NCBI GenBank assembly: GCA_013336275.1
Contig: JAAXUA010000001.1
Span: 206,167 to 270,166, forward strand
Reading direction: 5' to 3'
DNA length: 64,000 nucleotides
Origin: Candidatus Falkowbacteria bacterium
GTDB taxonomy: Bacteria; Patescibacteriota; Patescibacteriia; Patescibacteriales; GWE2-39-37
The position numbers were made by a program, and so were the translations under genes. Below the pieces are notes generated by a model, which saw only the letters and a program-made list of their open reading frames with translations, was not told the origin of the DNA and searched no databases. Position 1 is the first letter of the stretch. Every line of letters starts with the position of its first letter. This document shows positions 1 to 9,340 of the stretch, in pieces.

Positions 1-434
1 AGGTTGTATTTGAAGCAGCGGATAGCGACGATAGTTTCGCGGATTGCCTCTTCGAGCCGGTCAACGCCGTTCTTGACGAACTCCGGGTAGAAGTTGGGTA
101 TGGCGTTATAGCCGCGCGCTATTGCCTTGCCGATGCCCTCGACGCACTCGTTAATCCCTGGGTTGGTCAGGCCGTAGGCATTGACCATCCCTCGGTCTTT
201 GATTCGGCGGATGTATTGGTAGGCTGTCCAGGGCTTGTGCATCACTACGTTGCCGACACGCTTGTTATAAGTGGCCGATTTGGTCAGGATAGCGGTTCTG
301 GTTTCGGGCAAGCTGCTCATGAGGTGGTTGTAGCCGGCGTCAAAAATGTAAGGGAACATGCCGCTGCCATAGTGCCCGCCGATAGTGGAAAGAACCACTG
401 AGGGAAGGATTTTGCCGTTCGGGAATCTGATCAT
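1..434 (-). CDS. partial (C-terminus off window) dihydroorotate-dehydrogenase-like TIM-barrel oxidoreductase
   Basis: Minus-strand frame open to the left edge, so it is absent from the ORF track. ATG at 434-432 (MIRFPNGKILPSVVLSTIGG...). 'TKSATYNKRVGN' and 'NAYGLTNPGI' resemble the GN..PR and N-x-G-L-x-N-x-G loops of the class 1 DHOD/DPD family. Confidence 0.45.
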   Translation of the reverse strand, partial: MIRFPNGKILPSVVLSTIGGHYGSGMFPYIFDAGYNHLMSSLPETRTAILTKSATYNKRVGNVVMHKPWTAYQYIRRIKDRGMVNAYGLTNPGINECVEGIGKAIARGYNAIPNFYPEFVKNGVDRLEEAIRETIVAIRCFKYN

Positions 435-644
435 GTCTCTTCTCCTTTGCGAGGGTATATTCTGCCTTAAAGGCTTAAAAATGTGCGAAATTTAAATAAA
501 TATAGTATAAAATAGCTGAAATAGCAAGCAACGATACCAGTGGAATACCGGCCGATAAATGGACACTTAAGGCGATGCGTGATACAATTTTCGAAGAACG
601 CCCTGATCAGAGGCGGATTTTGTTTAATAAGCTAAAGAACGAAA

Positions 645-872
645 ATGAAAGTAATCTTACTTAGGGACATCAAGAATGTCGGTCGCAAGAACGAAGTCAA
701 AGAGGTTGCCCAAGGCTACGCAGTGAACTACTTGGTTCCAGCCGGCTTGGCCGATCTTTACAATACTGCCAAGCGCAACGAAGTCGAGACCAAGCAGAAG
801 GCGCAGGCGGCATCCAAGAAGCCAGCAGCGCCGAAAAAGGCTGGTCGCAAGGACAAGAAGAAAAAGAAGTAG
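645..872 (+). CDS. rplI: ribosomal protein bL9, N-terminal domain only, with a Lys-rich tail (75 aa)
   Basis: [36 protein letters not shown] matches the bL9 N-domain. The C-terminal globular domain is absent and is replaced by [18 protein letters not shown]. Confidence 0.8.
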   Translation: MKVILLRDIKNVGRKNEVKEVAQGYAVNYLVPAGLADLYNTAKRNEVETKQKAQAASKKPAAPKKAGRKDKKKKK

Positions 873-895
873 ATTATAATTCTTTTTTAAAATAC

Positions 896-2554
896 ATGGC
901 GGAAAAAACCTCCAAAAAACCAACTAAGTACATCTTCGTGCTTGGCGGCGTGATGTCGGGCGTCGGCAAAGGCGTAACGGCCGCTTCGATCGGCCGCATC
1001 CTGATTGGCCGCGGCTTTAATGTCAGCGCTATCAAGATCGACCCTTATGTCAATGTCGATGCCGGGACGATGAACCCGACCGAACATGGCGAGGTTTTCG
1101 TGACTGAGGACGGCGACGAGACCGACCAGGACATCGGCAACTACGAGCGCTTTTTGAATAAGAACATCTATCGCGAGAACTACATGACCACCGGACGGGT
1201 CTACCTCTCGGTCATCAACCGCGAACGCAATCTGGAGTTCGGCGGCGCTTGCGTCCAAGTCGTACCGCATATCCCGTTGGAGGTCATCGACCGCATCAAG
1301 ATCGCCACCGAGAAAGCCAAGGCTGAAATCATGATCATCGAGATTGGCGGTACGGTCGGCGAGTATGAGAATATCCTGTTTTTGGAGGCCATCCGCCTTT
1401 TGAAGATCAAGAATCCGCTTGATGTCATGACCGTGATGGTCAGCTATGTTCCGGTCCCGGGCAAGGTCGGCGAGATGAAGACCAAGCCGACCCAGCACGC
1501 CGTCCGCACCGTCAACGGCGCAGGCATCCAACCGGATATTATCGTGGCTAGAAGCGAAGTGCCGATGGATCAGAAGCGCAAGGAGAAGATTTCCATGTTT
1601 TGCAACGTCTCCGAAGAATGCGTCATCAGCGCGCCGGACGTCGATTCGATTTACGACATACCGGTCAATTTCGAAAAAGATAACCTGGGCGATGTCGTCT
1701 TGAAGAAGCTCGGCTTGAAGACCAAGGGCAAAGACCTGGTCGATTGGCGCGCCATGCTGGAAAAGTACAAGAACGCCAAAAAAGAAGTGCGTATCGGCGT
1801 GGTCGGCAAATATTTCAAGACTGGGGATTTTAATCTCTCCGATTCCTACATTTCCGTGATCGAGGCCCTGAAGCACGGCGGCATGGCCAACGGCGTTAAA
1901 GTGAAACTCGACTGGATCGATACCGAAGACGTCGAGCAGAAGGGCACCGGTATCCTGAGGCAATACCATGGCATCGTCGTCCCGCAGGGCTGGGGTTCGC
2001 GAGGCGCCGAGGGCAAAATCAAGACCATCCAATACTGCCGCGAGAAAAAAGTGCCATATTTCGGACTTTGCTACGGCATGCAGATGGCAGTCATCGAATT
2101 TTCCCGTAACGTTCTCAAATACAAAGACGCCAACTCTGAAGAGGTCAATCCCAAGACGGCTCATCCGGTCATCCATTTGATGGAGGAGCAGAAGGAACTG
2201 ATTGCCAAGAAACAATACGGCGGCACGATTCGCCTGGGCGGCTGGCCCTGCAAACTAGTTAAGGGCACGCACCTAGCCAAGGCTTATGCCAAGAAGTTCG
2301 GCGAAGAAAATATCATCTCTGAGCGCCACCGTCACCGCTACGAATATAATAATGCCTACCGCGAGCAATTGGAAAAGGCCGGACTCAAGGTATCTGGCAC
2401 CTCGCCGGATAATAAGCTGGTAGAGGCCGTGGAAATCACTGATCACCCTTTCTTCATCGGCACCCAGTTCCATCCTGAATATATTTCACGGCCGCTTGAC
2501 CCTCACCCATTGTTCGTCGAGTTCGTGAAAGCCTGCTCCTCATTAAAAAAATAA
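896..2554 (+). CDS. pyrG: CTP synthase
   Basis: 552 aa. N-terminus KYIFVLGGVMSGVGKGVTAASIGRIL...IDPYVNVDAGTMNP..HGEVFVTEDG, plus a C-terminal glutamine amidotransferase domain (GLCYGMQ, HRHRYE). Confidence 0.97.
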   Translation: MAEKTSKKPTKYIFVLGGVMSGVGKGVTAASIGRILIGRGFNVSAIKIDPYVNVDAGTMNPTEHGEVFVTEDGDETDQDIGNYERFLNKNIYRENYMTTGRVYLSVINRERNLEFGGACVQVVPHIPLEVIDRIKIATEKAKAEIMIIEIGGTVGEYENILFLEAIRLLKIKNPLDVMTVMVSYVPVPGKVGEMKTKPTQHAVRTVNGAGIQPDIIVARSEVPMDQKRKEKISMFCNVSEECVISAPDVDSIYDIPVNFEKDNLGDVVLKKLGLKTKGKDLVDWRAMLEKYKNAKKEVRIGVVGKYFKTGDFNLSDSYISVIEALKHGGMANGVKVKLDWIDTEDVEQKGTGILRQYHGIVVPQGWGSRGAEGKIKTIQYCREKKVPYFGLCYGMQMAVIEFSRNVLKYKDANSEEVNPKTAHPVIHLMEEQKELIAKKQYGGTIRLGGWPCKLVKGTHLAKAYAKKFGEENIISERHRHRYEYNNAYREQLEKAGLKVSGTSPDNKLVEAVEITDHPFFIGTQFHPEYISRPLDPHPLFVEFVKACSSLKK

Positions 2555-2563
2555 TTCAAAAGT

Positions 2564-2803
2564 ATGACGATCGAACAGCCAGAAACACAACCGAATAATT
2601 TCGTCGAATTTGCCCAGACCCTTTCAGCGGCCGACAAGGCTCGCCTGGAATATATCCTTAATTTCATCGGCGAGACTGAAAAATCATTGGAAATGGCGGA
2701 CGACCAGCTGGCCGTAATCGAAGCTTTGAAGGAGGTCTTCCAAGCCGAGAGCGATCAGAAGGCTTCCAAGGTTGCTAAAGACGTTCTTGAGGAACTCCTT
2801 TAG
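2564..2803 (+). CDS. hypothetical small acidic helical protein (79 aa)
   Basis: ORF packed 10 nt after pyrG. No motif recognised. Confidence 0.45.
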   Translation: MTIEQPETQPNNFVEFAQTLSAADKARLEYILNFIGETEKSLEMADDQLAVIEALKEVFQAESDQKASKVAKDVLEELL

Positions 2804-2832
2804 TCGAATAACTTATAAATTAACCTATAACT

Positions 2833-3165
2833 ATGTCACACCCAATCATTTTGACGGATGAGAATTTCGAAACGGAAGTGATCAAATCAGAGCTGCCGGT
2901 TTTGGTTGATTTCTGGGCAGAGTGGTGCGGCCCTTGCCGCATGATGATCCCGGTCTTGGATGAGGTGGCGGAAAAATTTGTGGGCAAGATAAAGATTGCC
3001 AAACTCGATGTCAATGACGAAAAACATCAAGCTTTAGCGGAAAAATATCAGATTCAGGGTATTCCAGCCTTGAAAATATTCAAAGGCGGCGAGGTGGTAA
3101 AGGAGCTGGTCGGTTACCAGCCGACGGAGAGTTTGGAGAAAGAATTGGCCGCTTTTTCGGCCTAG
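2833..3165 (+). CDS. trxA: thioredoxin
   Basis: 110 aa with the WAEWCGPC active site and a thioredoxin-fold sequence pattern. Confidence 0.93.
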   Translation: MSHPIILTDENFETEVIKSELPVLVDFWAEWCGPCRMMIPVLDEVAEKFVGKIKIAKLDVNDEKHQALAEKYQIQGIPALKIFKGGEVVKELVGYQPTESLEKELAAFSA

Positions 3166-3260
3166 GCTTTATTTTTTAAGCTAAATTTGCTACAATAGTA
3201 GCATATTAATAACTAACTTGTTTTGAGCCAAACAAGGAGTTGGCACAAAATTGCAAACAC

Positions 3261-3422
3261 ATGGAAGCATACTGCGTAAAATGCAAGGCCAAGAGAGAGA
3301 TGATTGAGGCCGTAGAAGTCGAGATGAAGGGCAAAGGCGAAGTTAAGCGCCGCGCCATGAAGGGCAAATGTCCGACCTGCGGCACCGCTATGTTCCGCAT
3401 CCTGGGTAAAGCAGCTGCCTAA
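3261..3422 (+). CDS. DUF5679-type small zinc-ribbon protein
   Basis: MEAYCVKCKAKREM...KGKCPTCGTAMFRILGK has two CxxC pairs. The ORF track starts at TTG 3240; I prefer ATG 3261. A strong terminator follows. Confidence 0.65.
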   Translation: MEAYCVKCKAKREMIEAVEVEMKGKGEVKRRAMKGKCPTCGTAMFRILGKAAA

Positions 3423-3442
3423 CCACTTTCGGATTACACATA

Positions 3443-3475
3443 AAAATCACCCCTTAGAAGGGGTGATTTTGTTTT
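3443..3475 (+). terminator. rho-independent terminator
   Basis: aaaatcacccc-ttagaa-ggggtgatttt forms an 11-bp stem, followed by gtttt. Confidence 0.8.
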
Positions 3476-3518
3476 GTCTTAATGGTTAGTTAATGGTATA
3501 ATTATATAAATATAACAT

Positions 3519-3917
3519 ATGGCAAAATTCCTAATCATAGACGATAATATTGTCATGACCAGCGGTTTGCTGGCCAAGATGAGACTGGCGGGCCATGAGG
3601 CTGACGTTGTCGGAGAGTCTACCGTATCTGAGCCGGTCATCACCCTTGCCAGGGTGCGACAACCGGACATGATTGTCATTGACCCCACCCTGGACAGCAA
3701 TCGAGCCGGCTATGGTCTTATTTCAGATTTGAAGGCGCATCCCGAGACTAAAGACATCCTTATTGTGGCTTATTCCGATCTTCCTGACTTATCTTTGCGT
3801 GAACGCGTTCTCAATCTCGGAGCTAGCACCCACTATGACCGTTCGAGTATGTCGGCGGAGGAGTTGATCGGGCGATTAGAAAAAATCATTATAAACAAGC
3901 AAAAATATGACGCTTAA
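3519..3917 (+). CDS. stand-alone response-regulator receiver domain protein
   Basis: 132 aa. LIIDDN acidic pocket, IVIDPTL putative phospho-Asp and VAYS are present. There is no output domain. It overlaps the next gene by 11 nt. Confidence 0.8.
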   Translation: MAKFLIIDDNIVMTSGLLAKMRLAGHEADVVGESTVSEPVITLARVRQPDMIVIDPTLDSNRAGYGLISDLKAHPETKDILIVAYSDLPDLSLRERVLNLGASTHYDRSSMSAEELIGRLEKIIINKQKYDA

Positions 3918-5910
3918 GGGCAAAAAACGCTACCTAGTCATTGCTGGGGTCATTCTTGCGGCCGGTGGCTTCTTTTACAACAGCTACAAGCAAGGAAACA
4001 AGGTCGAATACACGACCGCTGAGGCCAAACTTTCTCGAATCGTCCAGACCGTCAATGAGACTGGCACAGTCAAGACTGCCACTGAAATCAAATTGAATTT
4101 CTTGGCCAACGGCAAGATCGCTAAGATCGGAGCCAAGATCGGCGACAAGGTCAAGAAGGACCAAGTCTTGGCCGAGTTGGATTATTCCAACCTCCTGATC
4201 CAGCAGAAACAGGCTCAGGCGAATCTGGATGTCGCCAAGGCCAATCTTGCAAAAATCGCCAACGGCGCAACCGTTCAGGACGTCACCATCAGCCTCTCAA
4301 GCGTCAAGCAAGCCGAGACAGCCTATGTCAACGCCCAAGCTAACTATGAAAAGGTCAAAAAATCGACTGCCGAAGCTATCGTACAGGCCCAGAAGAACTT
4401 ATCTGACCTAGAGTCCAGCAACAAGGCCGCTTCGACTTATGGCCAGGCTATCCTGACGGCTCAGAACAATCTCGATAATACGAACCGGACTTATCTCCAA
4501 ACTATCTCCAATCGCCGGACTTCTCTCTTGAATTCGGCAGAGAATCAGATTGCCGCCGCCCAGGCTGCCCTGGACGCTGCTAATCGCGTTTTTACCGATG
4601 ACAATGCCAAAGACACCCTGAGCATCCAGGACGCCGGCCAGCTGATCAAAGCCAAGGCAAGCTATGATGCGGCTTTGATCTTAGTTGCCCCAGCTCGAGC
4701 TGATTTGGCTGATGGCAAGCGGACGGGGGCCAACAATGATGCCCTGACTGCGGCAAACTCGGTTCTTGGTCTCTTGAATGAGACCTTGGATGTGCTCAAC
4801 GCCACCTTCGCCGCCTTATCCAAGTCGGTCACCAGCTCCAAATTTTCCCAAGCCTCGCTTGATGCTTTCAAAACCAGCATCAGCGCTCAGAACACAGCGA
4901 TCAACGCCGGCATTTCCAGCATCAGCACGGCTGAGCAGAATCTCTCTGACACAGTATTAGCCTATAACACTAATCTTTCTTCGGCTCAGTCCAGTCTGGA
5001 TCAGGCCCAGGCCGCTTTCAACAATGCCTTGACCAACGCACGCAATGCCTTGACCAACGCACGGCTTTCCGGCGACCAACAGAATGCTAACGCCAAATCG
5101 CAAGTCGATGCGACCCTGACTTCCTACAAGCTGGCACAGGCCCAGTATAACAAAACGGTAGCACCCGCCAGGCCGGAAGATTTCAAGCTCTTCGAAGCCC
5201 AGGTCGCCCAGGCCAAGGCCAATCTCGATGCCTTGATCAACCAGGCCAACAATAGCATCATCAAGTCGCCGATCGATGGCGAAATCACCCAGGTCAACTA
5301 CGAAATCGGAGAAGAGCCCGGCGCTGCTAAGCCGGTTATGGCAATCCTGAGCCATGACAATTTTGAAATCGAACTAGATATCTCAGAGGCTGACATAGTT
5401 AAAGTGAAGCAGGGCAACCCTGCCAGCGTCACCTTCGATGCCTTGGGCGAGGCCGCTAAGTTCGCCGCCGACGTCACTTTCATCGAGCCGGCCCAGACGG
5501 TCATCCAGGAAGTCGTATACTACAAGTGCACCGTGAGCAATCTCCGCTCCCTCGATGCTGCTGGCGATCCTCTCGGCTCTACTGCCGGCACTTCCAGCGC
5601 ATCCACGACACCAGTAGCCCCTAGTACTTCGACCAGCAGCCCCTTGCGGCTAATCCGCCCAGGCATGACGGCCAATGTCAGCATCACCACCGCTATCAAG
5701 GACCAGGTTCTGATCGTGCCCAGCCGGGCGGTGATAGACAAAGGAAATAGCCAGAAGGTAGTCCGTCTGCTCGTCAACAACCAGTTCGTCGAGACTCCGG
5801 TCACTGTCGGTCTGCGCGGTGATGAAGGACTGACCGAAATCATTTCCGGACTGAAGCCGGGTGACTTGGCGATCACATCGATCAAGAACGCCCCCGCAGT
5901 TAACCAATAA
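3907..5910 (+). CDS. HlyD/MacA-family membrane-fusion (periplasmic adaptor) protein with a very long coiled coil
   Basis: 667 aa. N-terminal TM helix, then about 340 aa of heptad-like Q/A/N-rich sequence. Lipoyl/beta-barrel motifs IKSPIDGEITQV and IRPGMTANVSI. S/T/P-rich insert (GSTAGTSSASTTPVAPSTSTSSP). Confidence 0.85.
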   Translation: MTLKGKKRYLVIAGVILAAGGFFYNSYKQGNKVEYTTAEAKLSRIVQTVNETGTVKTATEIKLNFLANGKIAKIGAKIGDKVKKDQVLAELDYSNLLIQQKQAQANLDVAKANLAKIANGATVQDVTISLSSVKQAETAYVNAQANYEKVKKSTAEAIVQAQKNLSDLESSNKAASTYGQAILTAQNNLDNTNRTYLQTISNRRTSLLNSAENQIAAAQAALDAANRVFTDDNAKDTLSIQDAGQLIKAKASYDAALILVAPARADLADGKRTGANNDALTAANSVLGLLNETLDVLNATFAALSKSVTSSKFSQASLDAFKTSISAQNTAINAGISSISTAEQNLSDTVLAYNTNLSSAQSSLDQAQAAFNNALTNARNALTNARLSGDQQNANAKSQVDATLTSYKLAQAQYNKTVAPARPEDFKLFEAQVAQAKANLDALINQANNSIIKSPIDGEITQVNYEIGEEPGAAKPVMAILSHDNFEIELDISEADIVKVKQGNPASVTFDALGEAAKFAADVTFIEPAQTVIQEVVYYKCTVSNLRSLDAAGDPLGSTAGTSSASTTPVAPSTSTSSPLRLIRPGMTANVSITTAIKDQVLIVPSRAVIDKGNSQKVVRLLVNNQFVETPVTVGLRGDEGLTEIISGLKPGDLAITSIKNAPAVNQ

Positions 5911-5911
5911 C

Positions 5912-5995
5912 ATGAGTATGATAATAATTTTCATCGCTTTGGCGGTCGTCACGGCTTTCATCATTGCGGCAATAGTCGAAAGCGAAAAAAAATAA
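5912..5995 (+). CDS. candidate 27-aa single-TM micropeptide (MSMIIIFIALAVVTAFIIAAIVESEKK)
   Basis: ATG lies 2 nt after the MFP stop. Its TAA overlaps the ATG of the ABC ATPase (TAATG). It fills the whole intergenic gap and is below the ORF-track size cutoff. Confidence 0.3.
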   Translation: MSMIIIFIALAVVTAFIIAAIVESEKK

Positions 5996-6708
5996 TGCTG
6001 ATCGAAATCAAAAATCTGCAAAAAGATTACGTTAGCGGCGAGGTGGTCACACCAGTGATCAGAGGCCTCAATTTCACCATTGACAAGGGGGAATTCGTCT
6101 CGATCATGGGACCGTCCGGTTCCGGCAAATCCACCCTGATGCATATTTTAGGCTTCTTGGACCGGCCCACCAACGGCACGTATTTTTTTAACGGGCGGAA
6201 CACGACCGAATTGGCTGATGATGAACTGGCCGCAATGCGCAACCGCCAGGTCGGCTTCGTTTTCCAGGCATTCAACCTGTTGCCGCGTACGACCGTGCTC
6301 GATAATGTCAAATTGCCCCTGATCTATTCATCGGACAAGGAGGATATCGAAAAGAAGGCTAGCGAGACCCTCAAGAGCGTAGGCCTCGGCCACCGCCTGA
6401 ATTATTTCACCAATCAGATCTCCGGAGGCGAGAAACAGCGCGTCGCCATCGCCCGCGCGCTGGTCAACGGCCCTTCAGTCATCTTCGCTGACGAACCCAC
6501 CGGCAACCTTGATTCCAAATCCGGCGTCCAGATCATGGCCATATTGCAGCGGCTTAACGACGCGGGGAACACCATCATATTGGTCACTCATGAAACCTAC
6601 ACTTCGGAACATGCCAAGCGCATCATCAAGATAATGGATGGCCAGATTACCAGCGACGAGCCGGTCCTGAACCGGCGTTTCGCTCAAGACGGCGAATTGC
6701 TGAAGTAG
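5995..6708 (+). CDS. ABC transporter ATP-binding protein (MacB/LolD type)
   Basis: Walker A GPSGSGKST, signature LSGGEKQRVAIARAL, Walker B VIFADEPTGNLD. Confidence 0.93.
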   Translation: MLIEIKNLQKDYVSGEVVTPVIRGLNFTIDKGEFVSIMGPSGSGKSTLMHILGFLDRPTNGTYFFNGRNTTELADDELAAMRNRQVGFVFQAFNLLPRTTVLDNVKLPLIYSSDKEDIEKKASETLKSVGLGHRLNYFTNQISGGEKQRVAIARALVNGPSVIFADEPTGNLDSKSGVQIMAILQRLNDAGNTIILVTHETYTSEHAKRIIKIMDGQITSDEPVLNRRFAQDGELLK

Positions 6709-6748
6709 TTCTTGTCGCTGGCATAGATCGCTAACAATCCACAAATCC

Positions 6749-8002
6749 ATGATTCATTCGGCTATACAGGCAGTTAAGACTTCGCTATCAGCACTCCGTG
6801 CCAACAAAGGACGGAGTCTTTTGACTATGCTCGGAATCATCATCGGTGTCGGCGCGGTCATAGTCATCATGTCGGTCGGCGCCGGAGCTCAAAGCTTGAT
6901 ACTCTCACAAATCAAAAGCCTAGGCTCCAATTTGATAGGCGTCTTGCCCGGCAAATCGGACAAGAATCAGCCGCCAGCCTCGGTTCTTGGCATCACTATC
7001 ACCACCCTGACTTATGACGATGCTCGCGCCATGCTCGACAAGTCGCGTTTTCCGCACATCATCAGCAATGTGGCTTACACCAAGGGTTATGGCACCCTCT
7101 CCTGGAATGCCAACACTTATGAGACCAACCTATCCGGCTCGACCGTCGGTTATCTCCAAACGGAAAACGGCGAAGTGGCCGAGGGGCGGTTTTTTACCGA
7201 GGACGAAGAGCGAAACCTCTCGCGTTATGTCGTTTTGGGAAGCACTGTTAAAAATGAGCTCTTCGCCGAATCGAACGCCGTCGGCCAGCGCATCAAGATC
7301 AATAAGAAAAGCTTTGAAGTTATCGGCGTCATGAAAGAGCGGGGAACCGTCGCCTTCCAGAATTACGACGACCAGGTGTTCATACCGATCTTGACGATGC
7401 AGAAGCTGGTTGCAGGCGTCGATAATCTGGGCTTGATCAGGGTCAAACTGGACGACCAGAACAATATCGATAGCACGATCGAAGACGTCACGCAGCTCCT
7501 GCGCGAACGTCACGGCATCAACGACTCCAGCGGCGATAGTGATGATTTTACCGTGCTTAATGCAGCCGAGGCTTTGGATCTTCTCAAGACCATAACCAAT
7601 GCTTTGAGGTATTTCTTGGCGGCCATTGCCGCCCTTTCGCTTGTTGTCGGCGGTATCGGCATAATGAATATCATGCTCGTGGCCGTCTCCGAGCGGACAC
7701 GAGAGATAGGCCTGCGCAAGGCCGTCGGTGCCACCAACTCGAATATCCAGATCCAGTTCCTGTTAGAAGCGGTCATCATAACTTTCTTGGGCGGCATCAT
7801 CGGCATCATCGGCGGCAGTGTTTTATCGTTTTTGATCGCGACCATCGCCCAGGCGCTGGGCTATGCCTGGGAGTTTTCAATCTCCTTAAGCTCAGTATTG
7901 CTTGCTGTTTTCGTTTCTATATCAATCGGTATCATTTTCGGACTTTTTCCGGCAATCAAAGCCAGTCGGCTGAACCCGATCGAGGCTTTGCGTTATGAAT
8001 AA
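6749..8002 (+). CDS. ABC transporter permease, MacB_PCD + FtsX domains
   Basis: 417 aa. N-terminal TM, large extracytoplasmic domain, and a C-terminal FtsX-type 3-TM bundle (REIGLRKAVGAT...RLNPIEALRYE). Confidence 0.9.
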   Translation: MIHSAIQAVKTSLSALRANKGRSLLTMLGIIIGVGAVIVIMSVGAGAQSLILSQIKSLGSNLIGVLPGKSDKNQPPASVLGITITTLTYDDARAMLDKSRFPHIISNVAYTKGYGTLSWNANTYETNLSGSTVGYLQTENGEVAEGRFFTEDEERNLSRYVVLGSTVKNELFAESNAVGQRIKINKKSFEVIGVMKERGTVAFQNYDDQVFIPILTMQKLVAGVDNLGLIRVKLDDQNNIDSTIEDVTQLLRERHGINDSSGDSDDFTVLNAAEALDLLKTITNALRYFLAAIAALSLVVGGIGIMNIMLVAVSERTREIGLRKAVGATNSNIQIQFLLEAVIITFLGGIIGIIGGSVLSFLIATIAQALGYAWEFSISLSSVLLAVFVSISIGIIFGLFPAIKASRLNPIEALRYE

Positions 8003-8005
8003 ACT

Positions 8006-9265
8006 ATGAAAATCGGCGCTGTCGTAAAACTATCCTTGAAATCCCTCATAGCCAACAAGATGCGGACGTTGTTGACGGTTTTGGGCATGGTTATCGGCAT
8101 CGCAGCGGTCATCATCGTCTTCAGCGCCGGCGAGGGAATCAAATCGTTGATTTTGGGCCAAGTCGAGGCTTTCGGCACCGACATCATCCAGACCGAGCCG
8201 CGCCTGCCTTCGAATAAATCGACTGCGTCCAAGGATGCCCAATCCGGCCAAGCCATTGCCCAGGGCGTCCAGCTGACATCGCTCAAGCTTTCGGATATGG
8301 ATGACATAGGCCGCCTGAGCAACATCAAGGGCAGCTATGCTACGTTGACCGGGCAAGCGCTGGCAAGCTACGAAGGCGAGACAAAGAAAGCAATCATTTT
8401 CGGCGTTAGCGCTTATTTCATAAACATCGGTTCGTTCGAACTATCAGAGGGCCGCTTCTATTCCGACGAGGAGGAGCGCAGCTTGTCCCAGGTCGCGGTC
8501 TTGGGCAGCAAGATGAAAGAGACCCTCTTCGGTGACTCCGAGGCCGTGGGCAAAATGGTGCGTTTGAAAAAGGAAAAATATCTGGTAGTTGGCGTCATGA
8601 AAGAGCGCGGGGCGACCGGGTTCATCAGTTTCGACGACTTCATCTATGTCCCGGCACGGACCATGCAGAAAAGGATTTTGGGCATCGACCACGTCGTTTC
8701 AGTTACCAGCCAGCTGCGCGACGTTTCCTTGGCCGAAGATACGGCTGAAGATATCAGGCAGATACTCCGCGAGAATCACCAGATTGAAAATCCGACCAAG
8801 GACGATTTCCGGGTCGCTACCATGGCCGAACTGATGGACACGCTCGGAACTATCACCGGAGCGATAACATTGCTTCTGCTGGCCATAGTCGGCATATCAT
8901 TGGTCGTCGGCGGCGTGGGCATCACCAATATCATGTATGTCATCGTCACTGAGCGCACCTCGGAAATAGGCCTGCGTAAGGCCGTCGGCGCCACTTACCG
9001 CGATGTCATGCTCCAATTCCTGATAGAGGCCGTACTCATAACATTGTTGGGCGGCGTAATCGGCATGATTGTCGGAATTTTCGTCTCTTTCGGTATCGCC
9101 ACGGTCGCCTCGAGCCTTTTGGGGTTAAGTTGGAAGTTCATCATGCCTATGAAGGGCTTTATCGTTGCAACTATCTTTTCCGTGTTTTTCGGCATCATTT
9201 TCGGTGTTTATCCGGCACGTAAGGCGGCTCGCCTTGACCCGATCGAGGCCTTGCGCTCCGAGTAA
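8006..9265 (+). CDS. ABC transporter permease, MacB_PCD + FtsX domains (paralog)
   Basis: 419 aa with the same architecture (SEIGLRKAVGAT...RLDPIEALRSE). Confidence 0.9.
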   Translation: MKIGAVVKLSLKSLIANKMRTLLTVLGMVIGIAAVIIVFSAGEGIKSLILGQVEAFGTDIIQTEPRLPSNKSTASKDAQSGQAIAQGVQLTSLKLSDMDDIGRLSNIKGSYATLTGQALASYEGETKKAIIFGVSAYFINIGSFELSEGRFYSDEEERSLSQVAVLGSKMKETLFGDSEAVGKMVRLKKEKYLVVGVMKERGATGFISFDDFIYVPARTMQKRILGIDHVVSVTSQLRDVSLAEDTAEDIRQILRENHQIENPTKDDFRVATMAELMDTLGTITGAITLLLLAIVGISLVVGGVGITNIMYVIVTERTSEIGLRKAVGATYRDVMLQFLIEAVLITLLGGVIGMIVGIFVSFGIATVASSLLGLSWKFIMPMKGFIVATIFSVFFGIIFGVYPARKAARLDPIEALRSE

Positions 9266-9340
9266 GCGTTTTCTTGTGAAGCTAGGCTAGGCTTGGTATA
9301 ATAGTAAGCGTTCTAATCAGTTGTAAATCATAGAAAAAAC

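Noticed and set aside
599-625. Weak hairpin cgcc...ggcg followed by attttgttt upstream of rplI, considered as a terminator or attenuator.
   Set aside because: Only 4 solid base pairs with internal mismatches, and there is no upstream transcript to terminate in this divergent promoter region.
887-2215. A 442-codon ORF on the minus strand, entirely antisense to pyrG.
   Set aside because: It is fully nested in an unambiguous CTP synthase gene. Its product is low-complexity (D/L/A/G/V-rich) with no recognisable motif. This is a typical stop-free shadow frame opposite a gene with strong codon bias.
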